Source of the DNA: a virus
Taxonomy: Duplodnaviria > Caudoviricetes
Direction: 5' to 3' (one strand)
IMG/VR virus record: IMGVR_UViG_3300021399_000115
Coordinates: 68,320 to 132,319 of that record
Length of the DNA: 64,000 nt
The notes under the pieces are model-generated. The model was not told the origin of the DNA. It searched no databases and saw nothing but the letters and a program-made list of their open reading frames with translations. Within the stretch, counting starts at the first letter, position 1. Each line of letters starts with the position of its first letter. Below, in pieces: positions 21,838 through 32,405 of this stretch. The translations under genes and the position numbers were made by a program.

Positions 21838-23542
21838 GGTGTGTTCCTCCTTATATTTTTTCTTGGCAATCTCCGGGCGAGTCCCGGCACTTATTCAATT
21901 TCATCAGCTTTAAAGCTGGACACAATGTCTACCGGTCGGTAGGCACTCTGCCCAACCTTAAAATGGCCATGAATAAGGGTGGTATCCCACTAGCGACTCC
22001 ACACCGCCCGAGGACAGTGTTTCTCAGTCTCCCACCTATTCTGTGCATATTCATAGCCCAGTCGGGTGGTTACGATTCCTCCGGGACTCCTTCCGGGTTT
22101 TCTCCTCTATCTGTGCGTCCACTTCAAAGCTACGCAGTTTTCACCTCCTCTCTATGGTGCGTAGCTTCCCAGTTTCTTCTTACCGCCCGTAACGCTCGGT
22201 TGAACGTGTGAGCCATTATTGAGCATTGCCCACTTGTAGGCGGCGAGGGTATAGCTTGCCTTCAATATGATGACATAGTGATCGCTCTATGGATAACCTA
22301 TATCATGTTTCCGTCCGGAGTGCGGGATACGGACGGGGACCCACTGCCGGGTTACCGTTCCGACGCCGAGTTTCCCCGTCGCCTTTAGTAACCATTCTGT
22401 CCCGGTTCGCCTTGTATAACGCACATAGGCTAACTGCGATGCTGGCAAGGCATAATATGAGCCAAAAACCTCCTCTCATGAAACCATTAACAGTAACTTT
22501 GTATCACTAGTGGTTAGACTTGCGATACCAAACCGGCTTTTATACCGTAACCACTTGGGCTTGTTCCCTTGCGGTATGGTCATATAATACACCAAAAAAG
22601 ACCTAGGAAAATATTTTTTAATTATAGTTAAAATCTATTAATACCGGGGGTATTTCAGCAGAAAATGTAACAAATTTGTTCCCTGGCACCCTAGCAAGTT
22701 CACCCACAGACTACCTAAAAAATACGATAATCACCATATTCCAACCATTTATCGTCCATATTATCGAAATTTATTACATACAATCGAATTCTATGATTTA
22801 ACCAATACTCATTTTTCAAATACAATATTTGCTCTCTGCAATCCAATTATCCCAATGGTTTTAAGTAATAAAACAGCATTCCCAATAGCTACGATTATCC
22901 GCCTTAATTACATCCAAAATTTAGCCACTCCCCCAACCATTACAGCAAATAATATACTGATCTAATATTTCACCCCTACCACCCCACAAAGGGCGCCAAT
23001 ACCATCCGTGGTGCGGATAAAGTCCGGTATGCGCCCGCTCACAACCTAATTGCGGATAACCAACCTAATATCTTCAATACCCAACTTCATTATACATAAT
23101 CCCTAATTTACTATTACCTATTGCCGAGTCCTCGGTCGCTTACGCTCCTATTGCGGATCACAACCTCTACTTGCGACCGAAACAAGTAAATTCCCGGAGC
23201 GGATAACCAACCCCCACATACCTCCCCAGCAAAATCTCCGCAGCTAATCAACACCCACATCCATATTCCTCAGCTAATAAACCCACGTACCTAATTACGT
23301 AAGAAAACCTAGTGGTTAGTCATAATCTTTATTGCGAGAAATCAAGATCCGTACTTTATTTAGAATTAATCTTTAAATATCAATAAAAAGATTATATTCG
23401 CAAGTTTGACTGCAGCGAAGCGTCGCAGACAATACTTGCAGCGAGGCCCAACCTAGAATAATAAACTTCATTAGAATCAGCCGAGCTAAGCGTATCTTCG
23501 ATAGAATACATACTTTATCTTCTTACATTTAATAATTAACTA

Positions 23543-23571
23543 TTGACAGAACACAATACTTCCGGTATACT
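23543..23571 (+). promoter_or_regulatory. sigma-A type promoter
   Basis: TTGACA-N17-TATACT. Confidence 0.75.
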
Positions 23572-23795
23572 CCATTTAATAAATAATCATTTTACCAGTT
23601 ATGGAATATCTCTATGCTGTTTTTTTTATTTATTGCTTTTTGACACCCCACTTATAAGGATTTGAATTTCAAACCCAGAAAAACACTGACTTTATGATTT
23701 CATTTATTGCTTTTGGGATATTCACACCTTTGGTGTTACTTTTAAACCAGATAAATACTGGTTCAAAATGCAATAATAAAAAATTACATGGGTAT

Positions 23796-23957
23796 AAAGG
23801 TGTTAAAATGGGTTTTTCGCATCATTTTTTTCCAGTGTTTTCCTACAAAAAAAATTCTGCCCCCTTAAAAGAAAAGGTATAAAAAAGGTGTTAAAATTAA
23901 CTTTACCGTAGGTACAACCTACAAAATCATGAATTCTGCGCGAAAAGGTGTTAAAAT
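23796..23957 (+). repeat. Three exact 14-bp direct repeats AAAGGTGTTAAAAT
   Basis: 23796-23809, 23884-23897, 23944-23957, immediately upstream of the helicase-like gene. Confidence 0.85.
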
Positions 23958-23972
23958 TATTAGGAGGAAATT

Positions 23973-25214
23973 ATGAAGTATAATTGTGAAGTATTTGTTG
24001 TTGATGAGATAATGGGACGAGGTAAATCCTGGGCGGCAATAAACTATATTAATTCCCATGATGACGAAAGATACCTATATATTACTCCATATCTCCAGGA
24101 AATTAACGAACGTATAATTCCGAGCTGCCGAGATAAAAATTTTGTAATGCCGGAGGATAAATACGGCACCAAGACCCGCCACCTCAAAATGTTGATGAAT
24201 CGCGGTAAAAATATTGCTTCCACTCACGCGTTGTTTAGTTTGTTTGATCAGGAGCTGATTGATATTTGCCGAAGCCAAAACTATACATTAATTATGGACG
24301 AAGTAAGTAACGTAGTGGAAAAATATGATATAAAATCCGACGATGCCGCTACACTATTAGAAAAATATGTAGATGTAGATCCTACCACCAGACTTCTTAA
24401 TTGGAAACCGTCCAAGAAAAATTATAACGGCGGAAAATTTTCCAAAGAAAAAAGGCTGTGTGATCTCGGCTGTCTGGCAAAATATGATGATGAAATTGTT
24501 GTATGGCTATTCCCAATCCAGGCATTTAATGCGTTTAACAAAATATATATACTCACTTATATGTTTGAAGCGCAAATCCAAAAGTATTACTATGATTATT
24601 ATGAGTTAGAATATTCCTATTTGTATGTAAATGGAGATGATGTAAGCAATTATAGATTTTCCGCTACTCCGGAAGATACAGTATTAACTACCGATTATAA
24701 ATCACTCATCCATATATGTGATAACGCCAAGCTGAATGCAATCGGCAATCTAGACACTGATCTAAGCAAAAGTTGGTATATGCGAAATTGCCAATCCGAG
24801 AATGTGGTTATAAAACGACTCAAGGACAATATGTTTAATTACTTCCATAATATTATGAAGTCGCCGACTTCTAATAATTTATGGACTTGTTTCAAGGATT
24901 ACAAAAAGTATATCTCCGGCAAAGGTTATGGGCGCGGATATATCCCAAGTAATCTAAGAGCTACAAATGATTACAGAGATCGTAACGTGATTGCTTATCC
25001 TATTAATAAGTATATTAATGTGTTTATTAAAAATTACTTCACTATGAACGGCGTTACTGTTGATGAAGACGGCTATGCACTTTCCGAAATGCTACAGTGG
25101 ATTTGGAGATCGGCAATTCGAGACGGTAAAGAAATTTGGATTTATATTCCCAGTCGCCGAATGAGGGAACTGTTAATAGCCTGGATTGATGAAGTTAGCG
25201 CCATCGCTAACTAA
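23973..25214 (+). CDS. SF2 helicase-like P-loop protein (SPbeta YonV-like)
   Basis: VVDEIMGRGKS (Walker A), LIMDEV (Walker B), QWIWRSAIR. Confidence 0.75.
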   Translation: MKYNCEVFVVDEIMGRGKSWAAINYINSHDDERYLYITPYLQEINERIIPSCRDKNFVMPEDKYGTKTRHLKMLMNRGKNIASTHALFSLFDQELIDICRSQNYTLIMDEVSNVVEKYDIKSDDAATLLEKYVDVDPTTRLLNWKPSKKNYNGGKFSKEKRLCDLGCLAKYDDEIVVWLFPIQAFNAFNKIYILTYMFEAQIQKYYYDYYELEYSYLYVNGDDVSNYRFSATPEDTVLTTDYKSLIHICDNAKLNAIGNLDTDLSKSWYMRNCQSENVVIKRLKDNMFNYFHNIMKSPTSNNLWTCFKDYKKYISGKGYGRGYIPSNLRATNDYRDRNVIAYPINKYINVFIKNYFTMNGVTVDEDGYALSEMLQWIWRSAIRDGKEIWIYIPSRRMRELLIAWIDEVSAIAN

Positions 25215-25400
25215 GTGGTGTTCCCTCACAGTAACACATGTGCTAAATTTGGAATTTTTTGGACATAACAATACAAACCGGGACCATGTGAATTTGTGCA
25301 GTTATTTTCACACTTGAGACAAATCGTTCCAAAATATCCACGATTTTTCACATTTTCACATCTGGCGGTTTATTATCTTATATTTATTTATTAAATCCGC

Positions 25401-25429
25401 TTGACATAAGTAAATCGCTATGCTATAGT
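25401..25429 (+). promoter_or_regulatory. sigma-A promoter with extended -10
   Basis: TTGACA-N17-TATAGT preceded by TG. Confidence 0.75.
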
Positions 25430-25471
25430 TAACCTATACTGAGACAACCAATTACCTAGGAGGTACCAACT

Positions 25472-25522
25472 ATGAGAATTTTCCGCTATCAACTGCCGCC
25501 GCCGTATTAGTAGCAAATATAA
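25472..25522 (+). CDS. Candidate leader peptide MRIFRYQLPPPY-TAG-TAG-CAA-ATA-TAA
   Basis: AGGAGG SD 8 nt upstream, just after the promoter. Confidence 0.45.
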
Positions 25523-25572
25523 CCGACTAATTAATTATTAAATTCCGTATTATCATTAGGAAGGAATATATT

Positions 25573-26643
25573 ATGAGCGCCGAACTAATCCCCATTACTT
25601 TGCTCACACCACATCCACTAAACAGCTACTACTTTGATGATATCACCGGCGACAACTGGGAAGACTTTTTGCAATCTATAAAAACTTCCGGGATTACTAA
25701 CGCAATAACTATAGATAATAACAATGTGATAATCTCTGGGCATCAACGTGTCCGGGCATGCGAAATTTTGGGAATTGCCTCCATTCCATATATTCGTATA
25801 ACATATTCAGACGAAGAACTCGGGGGCGATTATCCAAAAGACGTAAAGGATTTGATCGAATCAAATCTCAAACAGCGAGTATCAGGGAATAATAATCCTA
25901 TTAAGTTAGGCAAGTGTTTGAAATTCCTTGAAGGATATTATGGAATTCACCATGGGAATAATCAGATATCGTGGACTTCTAATAATTATAAGTCCTCAAA
26001 AACTCAAAAGGAACTTGCCGAAGAATATAATATGTCTATTCCTTCATATCATAATTATAAGAAACTCGCGGATGCCATCCCCGAAATTGAGGAACTTATT
26101 ACTACCGGAGTTATAACCTCTACTACGGCTCTTGCGATTATGAGGCAGCTGCCACAGGATCAACAGAAAAAATTAGCTGGCGAACTTATTACGGACGGTA
26201 CCTACATATCTCAAAGACAAGCCGAAGAAAAAATAAAAAAATTACAAGAAGAATCCAATTTAAAAAATTCTCAGATAAAAGAAATGGAATCTAAAATTGC
26301 GGCATTAGAATCTGTGAATTCTTATAATCAATCTAGTGCTTCATCTAATGAAATTGAATACCTTCGTAGCGAATTAGCTACTTATAAAAAGGAAGTTGAA
26401 ATTCTACGTAGTCGCAGTACATCTGCCGAGGGTCGCGATGCAAATGTAGCATACGCATTCTGGCAAGCAACCAAAACTTATATAGACACCGTTCTTGCGC
26501 CAATGCTATATGATGATTTGGTTATTAACAATCAAGACAACTTATGCGGTACCCATATAATCGACGCTTGCACTAAAGTTATTTGCGCTGCGGAGGACGT
26601 TCTTAAGCGTTTTAAAGCACCTACTATAATTGATGTTGAGTAA
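25573..26643 (+). CDS. ParB N-terminal domain protein with HTH and coiled coil
   Basis: LTPHPLN...IISGHQRVRAC...LIESNLKQR; KTQKELAEEY HTH. Confidence 0.85.
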   Translation: MSAELIPITLLTPHPLNSYYFDDITGDNWEDFLQSIKTSGITNAITIDNNNVIISGHQRVRACEILGIASIPYIRITYSDEELGGDYPKDVKDLIESNLKQRVSGNNNPIKLGKCLKFLEGYYGIHHGNNQISWTSNNYKSSKTQKELAEEYNMSIPSYHNYKKLADAIPEIEELITTGVITSTTALAIMRQLPQDQQKKLAGELITDGTYISQRQAEEKIKKLQEESNLKNSQIKEMESKIAALESVNSYNQSSASSNEIEYLRSELATYKKEVEILRSRSTSAEGRDANVAYAFWQATKTYIDTVLAPMLYDDLVINNQDNLCGTHIIDACTKVICAAEDVLKRFKAPTIIDVE

Positions 26644-26690
26644 CTAACAACTATATGTAATTAATTATTTATTAAATTTGGAGGAATACT

Positions 26691-27737
26691 ATGAGCACAA
26701 CTGAAAGCACCTTCACACCGGCGACTACTGCTACTTCTTCTCTTACTCATGATGAACTTGCTACATTCCGTGAGATTTTGGGAGTTCCGGAAAAGAATGC
26801 CGTTATTGAATCACTCACTCAGACAAAAGAAGCAATCAAATCTCTCAACTCAACAGTATCTGAATTAAAAAAATTTTCGGAGAATATACAGGACATGATG
26901 CTTGTTCTTGGACACCAGACTAATGCATTTAATAGAATTGCCGACGGGATAAGTACCTTTGCGAAATCAAATGCTGATATCGCTAAGTGCGTTCAGGATT
27001 TATGTTTTTCTCAGAAGCATCAGGAATTAGCGCTCAATAAGCTGGTTGAATCAAACAAAACCGCTTCAGACACTATCTCCAAGGCTATCTATGTAAATGC
27101 CGCCAAAACTGAGAAGGCATTCTCATCAGCTAATAAACCTACAGATGTTAATGGATTATTCTACTCCACCTTTGATGAGAATGATAAAACTATGTGGATC
27201 AAAAGGATTGATGGGATTGCTTGCACAAAGTGTCTGGAAACCGGTTGCAAAACTACCGATGAATTCTATGAGATTCTTTATTCTGACATGAAAAGGGTCG
27301 ATCATTATGATGTGGGGGAGCTTCTCTCCCAGTATAAAAAGATTGATTCTACCGCAGATATTATCAAGATGTGTGCGAACTCTGACGCTCTTCGTCTTAG
27401 TGTGGAGAAACGTATCAATAATATTCACTATAAGAATTATGTTAAATCTGTAGAAGGTATTAAAGCGAAAGCGCCGAAAGTAAGCTATGCGGAATCACAC
27501 AGATGCCCCGGCGACATTTCTGCGCTGATCAAAAAAATTACCGGTGCTTCTCGTCCGTCCGGAGTTCAGTACCGTAAAATTCTTCGCCAGATTTTGCAAG
27601 CTACCAATATGAGTGAGGCAGATATTGTTTCTCAGATTCATGATGAGTTCAACATTGATAGCTGCAACGTATGGTTCGCGGTTAGTAAATACCCCGCCAT
27701 GGTAAATGCACTCCAGGAACTTGCGACGGCGAAGTAA
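26691..27737 (+). CDS. Hypothetical coiled-coil protein
   Basis: 348-aa ORF with GGAGG RBS. Confidence 0.75.
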   Translation: MSTTESTFTPATTATSSLTHDELATFREILGVPEKNAVIESLTQTKEAIKSLNSTVSELKKFSENIQDMMLVLGHQTNAFNRIADGISTFAKSNADIAKCVQDLCFSQKHQELALNKLVESNKTASDTISKAIYVNAAKTEKAFSSANKPTDVNGLFYSTFDENDKTMWIKRIDGIACTKCLETGCKTTDEFYEILYSDMKRVDHYDVGELLSQYKKIDSTADIIKMCANSDALRLSVEKRINNIHYKNYVKSVEGIKAKAPKVSYAESHRCPGDISALIKKITGASRPSGVQYRKILRQILQATNMSEADIVSQIHDEFNIDSCNVWFAVSKYPAMVNALQELATAK

Positions 27738-27743
27738 GGAGGA

Positions 27744-28517
27744 TTGATTATAATGAGTAAATATTATATAGCTAATAACATTCAGTTTTTGCGGGGAATC
27801 GGGCAATTTGCCCCTACCCCGTCTGCGGCCACTCATATGAAGCTGGCGGATGCCCAGAAGGCAGTCAATCGTTCGCCGGATTCTTATATGTGGTATAAAA
27901 CCAGAAACACATCCAGAGGAAATGATTATGTCGTTACCACAAGAATGAAATTTTTGAGTAATGACGATACCGCCGTTAATGACGTCAAAAAAGCACGAGC
28001 GTTTGCGACTGCTGAGGAAGCATATTCCCATATGGAATCTGTGCTGGATTATATAGATCGAGATTTACGAATCGTTATTGATGATAAATTCCGTCACGCA
28101 AAACAGATGGGCAGACCCACTACAGTTAAGAAACTTGTTTCTGGTTCTGATAAATTCTCCGGAATGGATTCATCGGAACGAGTACTTATTCCCAAAGCTA
28201 TTAAAGAAGAAGTGTACCGTAGGTCTAATAATACATGTGAGATTTGCGGAAAACCATTGAGCAGATTTTCATACTCTATCGACCACATAATACCGCTGTC
28301 TCGCGGCGGTACAAATAATATAGACAATCTCCGCGCCGTACACCCGACCTGTAATAAGCTCAAGGGGAATTTCACTGACATCGAAATGAAAAAGGTAGTT
28401 ACTAATGTGTATGAAAATATAGCCGGCGAAATACCATCACAGCAGTCCCCGCAAATTTCCAGTGTGGATTTGGTAAGGGGCTGCGTCCGCCATATGATTA
28501 AGAAGTACAAACAATAA
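27744..28517 (+). CDS. HNH endonuclease
   Basis: CEICG...SIDHIIPLSRGGTNNIDNLRAVHPTCNKLKG. Confidence 0.88.
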   Translation: MIIMSKYYIANNIQFLRGIGQFAPTPSAATHMKLADAQKAVNRSPDSYMWYKTRNTSRGNDYVVTTRMKFLSNDDTAVNDVKKARAFATAEEAYSHMESVLDYIDRDLRIVIDDKFRHAKQMGRPTTVKKLVSGSDKFSGMDSSERVLIPKAIKEEVYRRSNNTCEICGKPLSRFSYSIDHIIPLSRGGTNNIDNLRAVHPTCNKLKGNFTDIEMKKVVTNVYENIAGEIPSQQSPQISSVDLVRGCVRHMIKKYKQ

Positions 28518-28531
28518 GGGGAGGGATTTCT

Positions 28532-28885
28532 ATGCTATTAAATAAGGAAGCTTTTCTTGCGACTATATCTGCTATGGAACAAACAATACGTTTTGATGAT
28601 GCTATCAATGAAGCCGGACGCGAGTTCTCCGACGGTTATTATGTTGATTGGTGTCCGCAGAATTGTGTGTTTAAATTAGCCGATGTTCTTGAGGCAATGT
28701 TTGATGATAAACTGGAAGTCATAAGTTGGTTTTGTTTTGAATTGAATTTCGGCAAGTATTATGGTGGCGAATTTAAAAATGTTGTTGACGGAGAAGAATA
28801 TCCGCTCAATACTGCCGGAGCTTTATATGATTACTTGATAATGATGAGGGATAAAAACAAGGGGAGGGATCCTATTGATAACTAA
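28532..28885 (+). CDS. Hypothetical protein
   Basis: RBS GGGAGG; ISWFCFELNFGK...LYDYL, resembles the next gene. Confidence 0.75.
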   Translation: MLLNKEAFLATISAMEQTIRFDDAINEAGREFSDGYYVDWCPQNCVFKLADVLEAMFDDKLEVISWFCFELNFGKYYGGEFKNVVDGEEYPLNTAGALYDYLIMMRDKNKGRDPIDN

Positions 28886-29207
28886 ATCAGATTTTGTAGC
28901 GGCAATTGAGTCAATGGCGCGGGTGGATGATTATCAGAACGCCAAAAACAGTTTATACAAAAAACATAATGTGGACGGTTATTTAATTGAACCGGATAAT
29001 AATGAGGTGGTCCTTAAGCTACTGAAACTACTTATTCCAGAAGATACAGACTTCGACGCGGTGACTACGTTTTGTCTGGAGAAGAACTACGGACACGGCA
29101 AAACCAACCAGGAATATACCGATCCTCACGGTATCAAGCATTCTATGAAATCGCCCGAAGAGCTGTATGATTATCTATTTGGTTTATCCACTGAGGGGGC
29201 GGTATAA
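28875..29207 (+). CDS. Hypothetical protein, probable paralog of 28532-28885
   Basis: Shared K..F.A.I.SM start, FCLEKNYG and LYDYL end. Confidence 0.7.
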   Translation: MITKSDFVAAIESMARVDDYQNAKNSLYKKHNVDGYLIEPDNNEVVLKLLKLLIPEDTDFDAVTTFCLEKNYGHGKTNQEYTDPHGIKHSMKSPEELYDYLFGLSTEGAV

Positions 29208-31874
29208 ATCAGCGAGTACGGAGTTGAAATTAAAAATATAGAAGCTAGTACAAATTATGAGTATAATTTGGGTCTGCGTGATCATTTTGAATACAAACGG
29301 GCGATGTTGGTAAATAGCTTGTTCCTCGACTTCTTAATTGAGAATGGGTTATTCGTTAGCAATAGCGGAGCGACCCGGGATGTAATCGGTATGGAGTTCA
29401 ACTTCAAGACTAGATCTTATCGGGATGAAATCGACCACTTATATAAAACACTGAAAACTGCCCGTAACGAATACAGAAGTGCCGTGGTCAAAGATGACGA
29501 ATATTTGATTGCCAAGGCTAAAAACAAAATTGCTAAACTCAATCAGTTGTTCGAAGCTACCTACGAGAATAAGGATCAATACACTCGGCGAATGAAAGAT
29601 CGGGTTCGTAGTGACTACTATAATAATGGTGTTGACGTAAAGTACGTGTCGCGGAAAAAAGACGGTACTATATATAAGGAAGAAGTCATCCATTACAAAA
29701 TGCTCTTCCGTTCCACAGGTAAAGCTAAAAAAGGCAGCTGTATGTTTATCCGTGATGAGTTGTTTGACAAAGCGCGGAATTTTCTCTATATGGGGATTAA
29801 GCTACCTGCAACCAATGCCCCAATTGTAGAGATATCCGCTTATGCCCCGTTGGTTGCCAGTGGTATTGTCGGTTATGCTACTATCAATCCACGCAATATA
29901 TTAGTGCTTAATGATGTCAAGCGGTATTTTACGCGAGATGTTGTTAGTATAGAAACAGATAAACATCGCCATTGTTATGCGAGATGGTTGGATGAGTATG
30001 AACTAAGTAACGAATTGTTTGACGGTCAGGCGTTGATTGATGATTCAGTGTTTCCAAAGTGGGCGAATGGTTATGTGTTGTTAAGACATCATTTTACCAA
30101 GATGGCGGCATTCCATACCAACATAAAACAATTCTTCAGAGATTGGTGTGAGGAACACGGTGAGGATTATTCTACGTACACCGTCAAGGATATCTGGGGT
30201 AATGATCATTATGTTAAAGATATAGAGTTAATTACTACTAATAATGCAGTTAAGTGGATTAAGTTTAATCTTTCATATGATTATTGGTGTAAATGGGTGG
30301 AATCCAATGACTGTAAATTTGGCGTGGTGAAGTACTCTCATCCTAGCAAATTAGGTAACTATCAGAGAATGAGCTATCAAATGCTGAACTCTCTGGATGA
30401 AACCACCATGGAGAGTGTATGTGCTGAAACCGTTAATTATATCAAACAGCTTAAAAATAATAATGAAGTATTTTTCGATTATCTCCGCCATAATATTAAC
30501 TTCGCTAATGATTATAATGTGTTGTTAGCGTTGTGCGAGTGGAATCCGGAGTTTGTAAGATGTTCATATTTTAGGGAACGCAAAAGTCGAATCATACGTG
30601 AATATGTAAATAATGCCAAAAGTGGTAGGCTGATTCAGAATGCGGATAACCTTGTTATTGTAGGTTCACCGTATGCAATGTTATTATATGGTGCAACCGG
30701 GAATCCGGATGACGTTGACCTTGATACTACGCTGCTTAAAGAGCAAGGCACGATTCAATGTTATACCAGCCGATTTGATGACGGCGAATATCTGGCGGGA
30801 TTTCGCAGTCCATTCAATGGCAAATTTAATATGTCATATTTACATAATCATTATGATGATAGGATGAAAAAATACTTTAAGTTTAGTGATCAGATTATTG
30901 CTATTAATATGATTGGTACAGATTGTCAAGATCGTAACAATGGGAGCGATCAGGATAGTGACTCAATGTATGTTACTAATCAACCGGACATTGTCCGTCA
31001 TGCGGAGTATTGCTATAGAACCTATCCTACTATTGTTAATAATATTCCTAAGGACACTAACAAATACAATAATACTATGGACGATTATGCGGCGATTGAT
31101 AACGCACTGGCAAAATCGCAGCTTGATATAGGGTTATCATCCAACCTCGCCCAGCTTGCCCAGACTTATTCATATACGTTCCATGATAGGAAATATGACG
31201 ACTATGTGGCAATCCTTAGCGTTATAGCCCAGGCGGCTATTGATTCCGCGAAGCGCCAATTTGATATTTCTATTTCGGACGAGATTGCACGTATTCAAAA
31301 GGACATGGACATAGACACAAACGGTTATCCGAAATTTTGGCTTAGTATAAAGAAGAATTTTAACAAAGAAAAGATAAATCCGGACCTTCATTGCCCAATG
31401 AATTATTTAGCAGACCTAAAACTCAACAAGATGAGTTATAAGCAAGATGCGGTCGGTTTATGGGATTTTATGGAACATATCAAATACAAAGGTGATAGAA
31501 AACAAAGTCGCAAGGTCGAGGAGTGGATTGAGAAGTATTCCATTAGATATTATGCGAGTATTAGAGAAGAATACATATATACTGGAGAATATGACAAGGA
31601 ATTTCTTCTTATTAGAAGTGACTTTGATGAGTTAATAAATGATATTAGGCAAATTCGCCTATCTACTAATTACAGAGATTTGGTATGTTACCTGATTAAC
31701 CGGGCATTCCTTCTTTCGACGGCGGTTAAAAATAATTCTGCTAAGCTATCGAGAAAAACGGATAAGAATAGATCAATACTTCTAAAGGTGTTATATGAAG
31801 TTAATCCAAAGCTATTTTTGTCTTGTTTTAAAAGGGAATTACCGCAGGATGTGGGGTCACATAAGAAAAAGTAA
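29208..31874 (+). CDS. yonO: YonO-type single-subunit double-psi-beta-barrel DNA-dependent RNA polymerase
   Basis: Catalytic DxDxD in NGSDQDSDSMY; RSTGKAKKG, FRSPFN and AIDSAK motifs; followed by HU as in SPbeta yonO-yonN. The frame is open back to ATC at 29208 with SD GAGGGGG 8 nt upstream. Confidence 0.85.
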   Translation: MSEYGVEIKNIEASTNYEYNLGLRDHFEYKRAMLVNSLFLDFLIENGLFVSNSGATRDVIGMEFNFKTRSYRDEIDHLYKTLKTARNEYRSAVVKDDEYLIAKAKNKIAKLNQLFEATYENKDQYTRRMKDRVRSDYYNNGVDVKYVSRKKDGTIYKEEVIHYKMLFRSTGKAKKGSCMFIRDELFDKARNFLYMGIKLPATNAPIVEISAYAPLVASGIVGYATINPRNILVLNDVKRYFTRDVVSIETDKHRHCYARWLDEYELSNELFDGQALIDDSVFPKWANGYVLLRHHFTKMAAFHTNIKQFFRDWCEEHGEDYSTYTVKDIWGNDHYVKDIELITTNNAVKWIKFNLSYDYWCKWVESNDCKFGVVKYSHPSKLGNYQRMSYQMLNSLDETTMESVCAETVNYIKQLKNNNEVFFDYLRHNINFANDYNVLLALCEWNPEFVRCSYFRERKSRIIREYVNNAKSGRLIQNADNLVIVGSPYAMLLYGATGNPDDVDLDTTLLKEQGTIQCYTSRFDDGEYLAGFRSPFNGKFNMSYLHNHYDDRMKKYFKFSDQIIAINMIGTDCQDRNNGSDQDSDSMYVTNQPDIVRHAEYCYRTYPTIVNNIPKDTNKYNNTMDDYAAIDNALAKSQLDIGLSSNLAQLAQTYSYTFHDRKYDDYVAILSVIAQAAIDSAKRQFDISISDEIARIQKDMDIDTNGYPKFWLSIKKNFNKEKINPDLHCPMNYLADLKLNKMSYKQDAVGLWDFMEHIKYKGDRKQSRKVEEWIEKYSIRYYASIREEYIYTGEYDKEFLLIRSDFDELINDIRQIRLSTNYRDLVCYLINRAFLLSTAVKNNSAKLSRKTDKNRSILLKVLYEVNPKLFLSCFKRELPQDVGSHKKK

Positions 31875-32037
31875 AATGCTTAAAACCTCAGTAAATACGT
31901 GGAATTTTGTGATTTCCCCATTCAAGCATTTATGAGGGATCGCAAACCCTTATGTTTACTACATTTACGCTATATTGCCGAGAATGGCGTAAATTCAATT
32001 ATACAATTATATTAAGGAAAAAAAGGAGAACTATATT

Positions 32038-32313
32038 ATGAAGAAACTTGATTTTGTAAAACTTTGCGCAGCTAAATGTAATCTATCTCAGAAAGATATG
32101 AGGGAAGTTCTTGTCGGTGTCGGCGAGGCTATTGTAGAGGCTATGAAGACCGAGGACGGTGTTACTCCGTTTACCGGTATGAAGTTCTACACGGTTCACA
32201 AAGACGCTTATACCGGACGCAATCCGCAGAATGGCGAGCCTCTTGCTATTCCGGCTAAAGAAGCGCCGAAGGTAAAATTTGGTGCAAGCGTAAAGGAAGC
32301 TGTTAACGCATAA
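32038..32313 (+). CDS. hup: HU-family DNA-binding protein (YonN-like)
   Basis: GRNPQNGEPLAIPAKEAPKVKFG...KEAVN. Confidence 0.92.
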   Translation: MKKLDFVKLCAAKCNLSQKDMREVLVGVGEAIVEAMKTEDGVTPFTGMKFYTVHKDAYTGRNPQNGEPLAIPAKEAPKVKFGASVKEAVNA

Positions 32314-32334
32314 TTTTTTATTTGATTATTTATT

Positions 32335-32368
32335 AAAGGGAGTGAAACAACACTCCCTTTATTTTTTT
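32335..32368 (+). terminator. Rho-independent terminator
   Basis: AAAGGGAGTG-AAACAA-CACTCCCTTT followed by a T-tract. Confidence 0.8.
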
Positions 32369-32405
32369 GTAAAACCAAAAATATATTATAAGGATGTGAA
32401 ATTAT

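Noticed and set aside
353-22510. Plus-strand ORFs in the left arm (e.g. 4051-4782, 12787-13449) and minus-strand ORFs in the right arm (e.g. 47986-48996)
   Set aside because: Antisense shadows of better-supported genes; no SD or recognisable motifs.
23694-23882. 62-aa ORF upstream of the helicase-like gene
   Set aside because: No SD, low-complexity AT-rich sequence, and it overlaps the direct repeats.
29208-31874. RNA-dependent RNA polymerase or RNA-virus origin
   Set aside because: The fold is shared with eukaryotic RdRPs, but context (HU, YonK/J-like genes, terminase, portal) matches the DNA-dependent YonO of SPbeta.
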